Source of the DNA: Octopus vulgaris
Taxonomy: Eukaryota
DNA: 64,000 bases
Assembly (NCBI GenBank): GCA_951406725.2
Contig: OX597815.1
Span: forward strand, 170,004,001-170,068,000
Direction: 5' to 3'
Both the position numbers and the translations under genes were made by a program. Of the stretch, positions 57,676 through 64,000 are shown piece after piece; position 1 is the stretch's first letter; each line of letters begins with the position of its first letter. The notes under the pieces were generated by a model, which made no database searches, was not told the origin of the DNA, and saw only the letters and a list, made by a program, of their open reading frames with translations.

Positions 57676-59711
57676 AAAGACAAGATTGTAAATTCAAACC
57701 TGGTTTTAAATATCAAAACCAATATAATGTGAAACAAAGCCGGCTCATTTTCTTCCAGCTGCTAGATTTGCTTCTTTAAACAATGAAACAGACAGTAATG
57801 AAGGAGTAATTGATGGACATGCTGGACCTACAGATGTAAGTACTTAGCTGGAGAAATGTTGGAGTTAATGATATTTATTGAGAAGCGCTTAAAATATCTT
57901 GGTAGGAATTTATAATTGACTAAAGGCAAACTTTTGATCACTAAACTGAAGCAAGTTTATTTACTTAATCAAAATTTGCAAGTGACTTGTCAAAAACGAA
58001 GCTCTAATTCAGCAACTTGCTTTATAGTAGACGGTCAACCCTGGTATTGCAATGACTTCAAACAAGTCACTAAAAAAGTCACCACAAGCACACATCAGAA
58101 AAGTCTAGGAAACGGTTTTCTTGCAACCGTATTGAAAAACAGTATTTGAATGTAAAGGTATGCGTTGCCATTTACCACTTTGTCACATGAAAAGATATAT
58201 GGTAGTATGGAAGTAGTGATTGATGCCATTTGTCAAAGGAACCCGTGTGGAGGTCCCATTGTTATTGTAATTGTATGTAAGCAGAATTTCCAAATTGATG
58301 TTGTGTCTTATGCTCGTAGAATAGTCATACTACATCAGATCATGATAGAGAATTTGTCTTGCCAGTTACGTCAGAGTTAATATATCTATCTATCATAAAT
58401 GAACAATGTCCAGTCTGCCTATTTACTTCACCCCGAAAAGATATTTATACTAAATTTCCCTATTAAACATGGTCTGATAAAAAATTTTCTTTCAGCAATG
58501 GTTTAAAGCAACTTAAGAGGATTTCTGTAACTATCTAAAACAAAAACGGCCAAATGTTATTGCAGGAAAGTTTTTGTGGTACTGTAAAGTGGGATTTAAT
58601 TGATATTGAACTGGAACAAACCATCGAGAAACTGGAATTAAACGTTTAGCATGATTTTGCTTTGGTAATGCATAAACCTTCTACCATATAATAAACTCTC
58701 TGGGTATAGAACTACAGCTGAGAACATTATCAGAGATAAAGAAATAGTCAATCACATATCGCTAAGAACACAATTCCCATATTTCATTTTTTGCATTGAT
58801 TTGCAAGATTCTTTATGTGAATTCGAATTTTGTTGTGTTTAGAGAGAGTCATTCTGCAAATATTTTTGACACGCGCAACGAAAGAGCTGTGATAAACAAA
58901 AACAAAACAAACGACTTACTGTTTAACCAAGTTAAACAAACAATCGATTAATAAGTTGGGTATTGAATCAACTGACTAATAATAATGGAGTGGAATTGAA
59001 CCAGAGCGTGTGTTATTAATATTGGCATAATTATCCTCCCTGGACACAACAAAAGTTCCATATTCTTATCTGGATTTCTTTCTTGAAAAATCTTGGTGCG
59101 GTAAAAGGTGAGCAAGTGGAACGACTTAATCAATATATTCATGCAAATGAAACATAATTCTAAGGCTTTTGAAATGAATGGCTAATGTTTGACCATTGCT
59201 AGATATAATATCGCGACGACCCGAGACTAAGTATATGAGAAAAAAATCACTATAATATATAAATCTCAATGATGTATAAATCTCTATAATGTATATTATT
59301 TGTATATTATTAAACTGTAGGTGTGCAGAGCTGAATCTATGATATAGAAGTTGGGCTACAATTAATTGTTTCGATTGATCAAGTGTATATTGTGAGTTTC
59401 GCTGCAAAGAATGAACACATTTCGGATATAACTTTATTCAACACACCTTAATTATTGATAATGTTGAGACAAAGTAAACAGACATATTTCCAAAACTACA
59501 AGTGTTAGATGTAAACCTAAAAGGCAGATTTCAAATCACATTCATCTGTCATGGAAAGAGTGTATATTTTGCTGCATTTTAAACATAACTTACGCTAAAA
59601 GCCAAAACAAAAATATATAACCCGCGCTCTCAGTAAATCATTAAAGAGGAATAATTTAGCACTAGTCTGAAACTTTACATACCTACCTACAGACGTACGT
59701 ACATATATACA

Positions 59712-60165
59712 TAGTGGCTGCTTTCTCTTATACGAGCAAAGACATTGTTAGACAGAATTGTTGAAATGAGTCATTGTTGATGCAATGTGAGGCCTTTGTA
59801 CGACTTTTGTGTCCGGCCAAAGATCTACCCGTTCTATTGCATAATGCACAGCTGTGCTGGCTGGCAGAAGGAACATGTGCCATTGTATGAATTCTTTTGA
59901 CATGCCTTTTCAATCCTTCACCTGAAAGGGACACCTTTCCACAGGTTCACATGTTCTATTGTGGACAATTTGCAATAGAACATACTCCTGTGAGTTCTCT
60001 GTTGGCCGACCAGTCCTGCATGATTCAAGCATTTCCTCCATATCGCAATTTCCTCCATATCGCAATTTCCTCCATATCGCAATTTCCTCCATATCACAAT
60101 TTACAAGGGGTTGATTCCTGTGAGTTTACCAGGCCTGCAAGATTCAAGCATTTTCTCCCACATAT
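59712..60165 (-). pseudogene. 3' end of an RTE-like LINE with C-terminal zinc-finger remnants
   Basis: GLKRHVKRIH and CALCNRTGRSLAGHKS; ends gcagccacta(TGTA-like); 17-bp unit repeated four times at 60031-60100. Confidence 0.6.
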
Positions 60166-61183
60166 CACACATACATACATACATACATACATACATACAT
60201 ACATACATACATACATACATACATACATACATACATACATAATACATACATATGAATACAAAGGAATATATATTCTATAATACATATACACACATATACA
60301 TACACAGCTAATGCAACATACCAAGTGTTTAGTAATTTTATTTTAATATGCACAACGATGTATACTTTAGGGTGCAACCGGAGGGTATAATATTCTTCTG
60401 CTGCGGCCCATGTGCGTAATTATTTAACTATAGAATGAAATGTAAGACAATCTACTGCGGGCGCATTTATATTTTATATATTACACGTAATAAAATTGAT
60501 CGAGAGTTGGACATCTTACATTGTGTGACACACACACGCACACACATGCACACATACACACATACATACACATACTCACATTCATATGTACATACATATA
60601 TAACTGATTTTTTAGAAAATATAATCCACCGTTTACTGGGACTATGGGATCCTGTATAGCAACATGTATCTTTCTTGCATACTATAGCATGGATGAATCG
60701 CAGCTCGTTAAAATTTATTAAAGAATTACTGACGTAATCATAACGTAGCAGAATCTCGTACATTGATTATCTCTTCGATTTCCGTCTGCAGTTAAGATTG
60801 TTTACGTCTTGACGTTAATATAAAGTTTTAAAAAAATAATACAGATATCAACTCTAAAGTTAGAAGTGATAAATTTATAGCAAAATTTTATATCCAGAGA
60901 TATTCTCAACGAAGATTTTACACCATCACAGGAATTAAATGCAGCAGACAGAAAAAAAAAAAACAACAACAAAAATTCAATTTCACAAAAGATTATAAAT
61001 ATGGCTCTGTGTAAACTTCCAGAAACAATTTTTTATAGTTTGCAGAGCCGATTTTCTGAGAGAAGTGTTATATATTTAGTAACGGTTTTAGAAACGTTGT
61101 GTTAATTAGAATATTCGTTAAAATATTTTGCACATTCAAACAACCTACATATAGGGCAGTATTAATATAGGATGTGGCTGAGA

Positions 61184-61374
61184 GAGGCGAGCTGATAAAA
61201 TCGTTGGCACGCCGGTATAAAAGCTTAGCGGCATTTCGTCCGTCTTCATGTTCTGAGTTCAAATTCCGCCAAGGTTGAGTTTATCTTTCCTCCTTTCGGA
61301 GTCGATAAAATAGGTACCAGATCTATACTGCAGTCGATGTAATCGAGTTTGCTGCCCTTGTGCCAAAATTTGAA

Positions 61375-61424
<50 letters not shown>

Positions 61425-61430
61425 TACTAC

Positions 61431-61499
<69 letters not shown>

Positions 61500-61512
61500 C
61501 ATTATTATTATT
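61184..61512 (+). mobile_element. SINE family B (ATT-tail variant) with expanded (ATT)n tail
   Basis: Family consensus head and Nin-like domain; tail tgtgccaaaatttgaa(att)n. Confidence 0.8.
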
Positions 61513-62050
61513 CAGTAGTTTTATTTTTATAGCGTGCTTTCACTTCACTACCAAGCGCAGCTCTGTGTGCCTTGGGTATGTGCTGTGATTTGTTGTGATG
61601 CTCTGATGGTTATTGTATGGAAAGTGTTCTGCGTAGGATGTGTGCAGTGCCTAGTAGTGCAATTTTCTGTATGTTATATGTGTTTGTAAGTCCTGGTGTT
61701 TTTGTTATGTATTTGTCTGAATATTTTTTTATCATGCCTAATGCACCTCCTATGATAGGAATTGTTTCTGTTTTCAGATTCCACATTCTAGTTACCTCTA
61801 TTTCCAGGTCTTTGTATTTTGAGAGTTTCTCCATTTCTTTTAGGGACACGTTGTCATCTGCCGGTATTGATACATCAATTAGAAAGCATTTTTTTCTTCA
61901 TGATCTCTGACAACTATATCTGGTCTGTTGGCCTTAATTTCTCTATCTGTGTGTATCGGCATATCCCAGAGTATGGTTGCTTTCTCGTTTTCTGTGACCT
62001 TTTCTGGTGTGTGCCTATACCATCTTTTTTCTGTTGTTATTCCATAATGT
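61513..62050 (-). mobile_element. 5'-truncated R4/Dong-like LINE (restriction-like endonuclease C-terminus plus 3' UTR) inserted in (TAA)n
   Basis: Open frame ILWDMPIHTDREIKANRPDIVV...LIDVSIP...KEMEKLSKYKDL...IQKIALLGTAHILRRTL; (TAA)n on both sides. Confidence 0.88.
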
Positions 62051-62097
62051 TATTATTACTATTATTATTATTATTATTATTATTACATTATTATTAC

Positions 62098-62145
<48 letters not shown>

Positions 62146-62148
62146 TAC

Positions 62149-62178
<30 letters not shown>

Positions 62179-62179
<1 letters not shown>

Positions 62180-62615
62180 GAGTGAGAGAGCAGTGCATGC
62201 CATCAAAGTGACACTGGGGTAAAATATACGAAGCCCAATATACCCATCATGACTACCCGTCTGATAAAGGTACACCAGGCACATGCATCACAACCATATG
62301 TGCGCGACATGGTGATCTCATATCAAGATAAACAGCACATGACCTTGCAGGTGGGGCCCAGTTAGAATTTTCTTCAGGTTGAGTAGCCCATCCCGCTCAA
62401 AAGGTCCCCGAATAAGGGTTGTTTAAGGATGTTGAAAGAACCACCCATGTTTCCAGAGGTGAATTATTCAAACCCCAAAGAATCCCTCTCAACACATGGC
62501 TATGATGCTCCCCCACTACTTCTGCTCGTGATCAGAGATGCACATATCGTCAGCCACTAAGGGACATGCTCAACTGGTTAAGGTCAAACAACTGACAAGC
62601 AAATCTGTGGTATTG

Positions 62616-62616
<1 letters not shown>
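62179..62616. repeat. Non-coding ~440-bp insert between (ATT)n tracts, probably a non-autonomous retroelement
   Basis: Sharp boundaries at the microsatellites, higher GC than the flanks, no recognisable ORF. Confidence 0.45.
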
Positions 62617-62669
<53 letters not shown>

Positions 62670-62671
<2 letters not shown>

Positions 62672-63133
62672 GACTGTGAGCTGGTGGAATCGCTAGCACG
62701 TTGGAAGAAACGCTTAGTGGTATTTCGCCCGTCGCTACATTCTGAGTTCAAATTCTGGCGGAGTTGACTTTGCCTTTCATCCTTCGGGGTCGATAAATTA
62801 AGTACCAGTTGAGTACTGGGGTCGATGTAATTGACTTAGTCCCTCCCCGAAAATTTCAGGTCTTGTGTCTATAATAGAAAGGATTATTATTATTTTCACT
62901 ATTAAGGCGGTGAGCTGGCAGAATCTTTAGCACGATGGGTGAAATGTTTAGCAGTATTTCACCCGTCGCTACGTTCTGGGCTAAAATTTCTCAGAGGTCG
63001 ACTTTGTCTTTCATCCTTTCGAAGGTCAGTAAATTAAGTACAAGTGTAACACTGCGGTCAATGTAACCGACTAGTCTCCTCCACCCAAATTTCAGACTTG
63101 TTCCTTTCGCAGAAAGGATTATTATTATTATTA
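62670..63133 (+). mobile_element. Two tandem SINE family B copies (ATT-tail variant)
   Basis: Heads at about 62670 and 62903, each ending agaaaggattattatt. Confidence 0.82.
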
Positions 63134-63137
63134 TAAG

Positions 63138-64000
63138 TATTCAGTCATCCAAGAAATAAACGTTTTTTTTCCATTGTATGGACTAAAAGTTGGAGGGAGT
63201 CGGGATAAACTGCCTGCATCAAATTTAGTTGCAAGTTTTGAGGAGTGCAGTCCGATTTTAACAGTTATTTTTCAAAGCTATAATGTAAGTGATAAATATG
63301 TATATTGGGTATATTTTGCTTTATGTGTTCAATAAGGGCAACAACGCAACGGAACGTGCGAGGAGTATTAATGCAGTATATGGGGAGCAGGCAATTAGCG
63401 TAAGCCAGTGTCAACGGTGGTTCTAGAAATTCCGAGCCGGAAACTACAGCCTAGAAGACGAGCCTCGTCCTGGAAGATCTGTAGAGCTCGACGAGGACGT
63501 CTTACAAAACCTGGTAGAACAAAATCGTATCGTAATTTTTTGTGGAACTAGCAGAGAAGCTTGAATTTACTCATCCAACCATTCATCGACACTTGCGTGA
63601 CATCAGGAAAGTCAGCAAATTGGGTCAATGTGTTCCTCACATGCTTTCCTCACAAACTAATCGCGCGCAGAGATTGAATGTGTGCTTTTCTTTGTTATCA
63701 CGTCTCACGAATGAACCTTTTTTGGACTGAATAGCCACTGAGGACGAGAAATGAGTTCTCTATAAAAATGTCAAGCGCCGAAGACAGTGGATAGAAAAAG
63801 GGGAAAACCGGTGCTCCAGGCTAAAGAAGGTCTTCACCCGCGTAAGGTGTTGTTATCTGTTTGGTGGGATGTGGAAGGTTTAGTCCACTCTGAAATTTTA
63901 AACCCAAACCAAACGATAAAAAGATCTGCTGCGAACAGCTTGAGCGGCTTAAATCATCTCTGAAGTCGAAAGGTGTTCTTCCATCAGGATAATGCCCGGC
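63138..64000 (+). mobile_element. Decayed mariner element running off the window end
   Basis: Transposase remnants YILLYVFNKG, KLGQCVPHML, ATEDEK, HPRKVLLSVWWD and FHQDNAR, with stops and frameshifts. Confidence 0.9.

Overview
Repeat-dominated, AT-rich eukaryotic DNA with very dense (TA)n, (TACA)n, (CA)n, (TAGA)n and (ATT)n microsatellites. The repeat make-up suggests an animal genome, probably a cephalopod (octopus-like); this is inference. Almost all ORF-track entries are microsatellite or SINE artefacts. Supported content: four decayed mariner copies plus Tc1/mariner and pogo-type MITEs; relics of Tx1/L1-like, R4/Dong-like, RTE-like and CR1-group LINEs; many tRNA-derived SINEs from at least five families; and one weak two-exon candidate for the 3' end of a host gene (minus strand, about 25.4-26.0 kb). 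The most striking hidden layer is about a dozen minimal hammerhead-ribozyme (HHR) motifs of the Penelope-like type, most of them degenerate. One family joins a Pol III tRNA-like head, an internal microsatellite and an HHR tail, and one of its insertions is a head-to-head inverted dimer inside a single 12-bp target-site duplication (TSD). This is a candidate ribozyme-bearing SINE mobilised by Penelope-like elements. A second SINE family forms exact 184-bp concatemers inside single TSDs and shares its 3' end with the UTR-like segment after the Tx1-like LINE.
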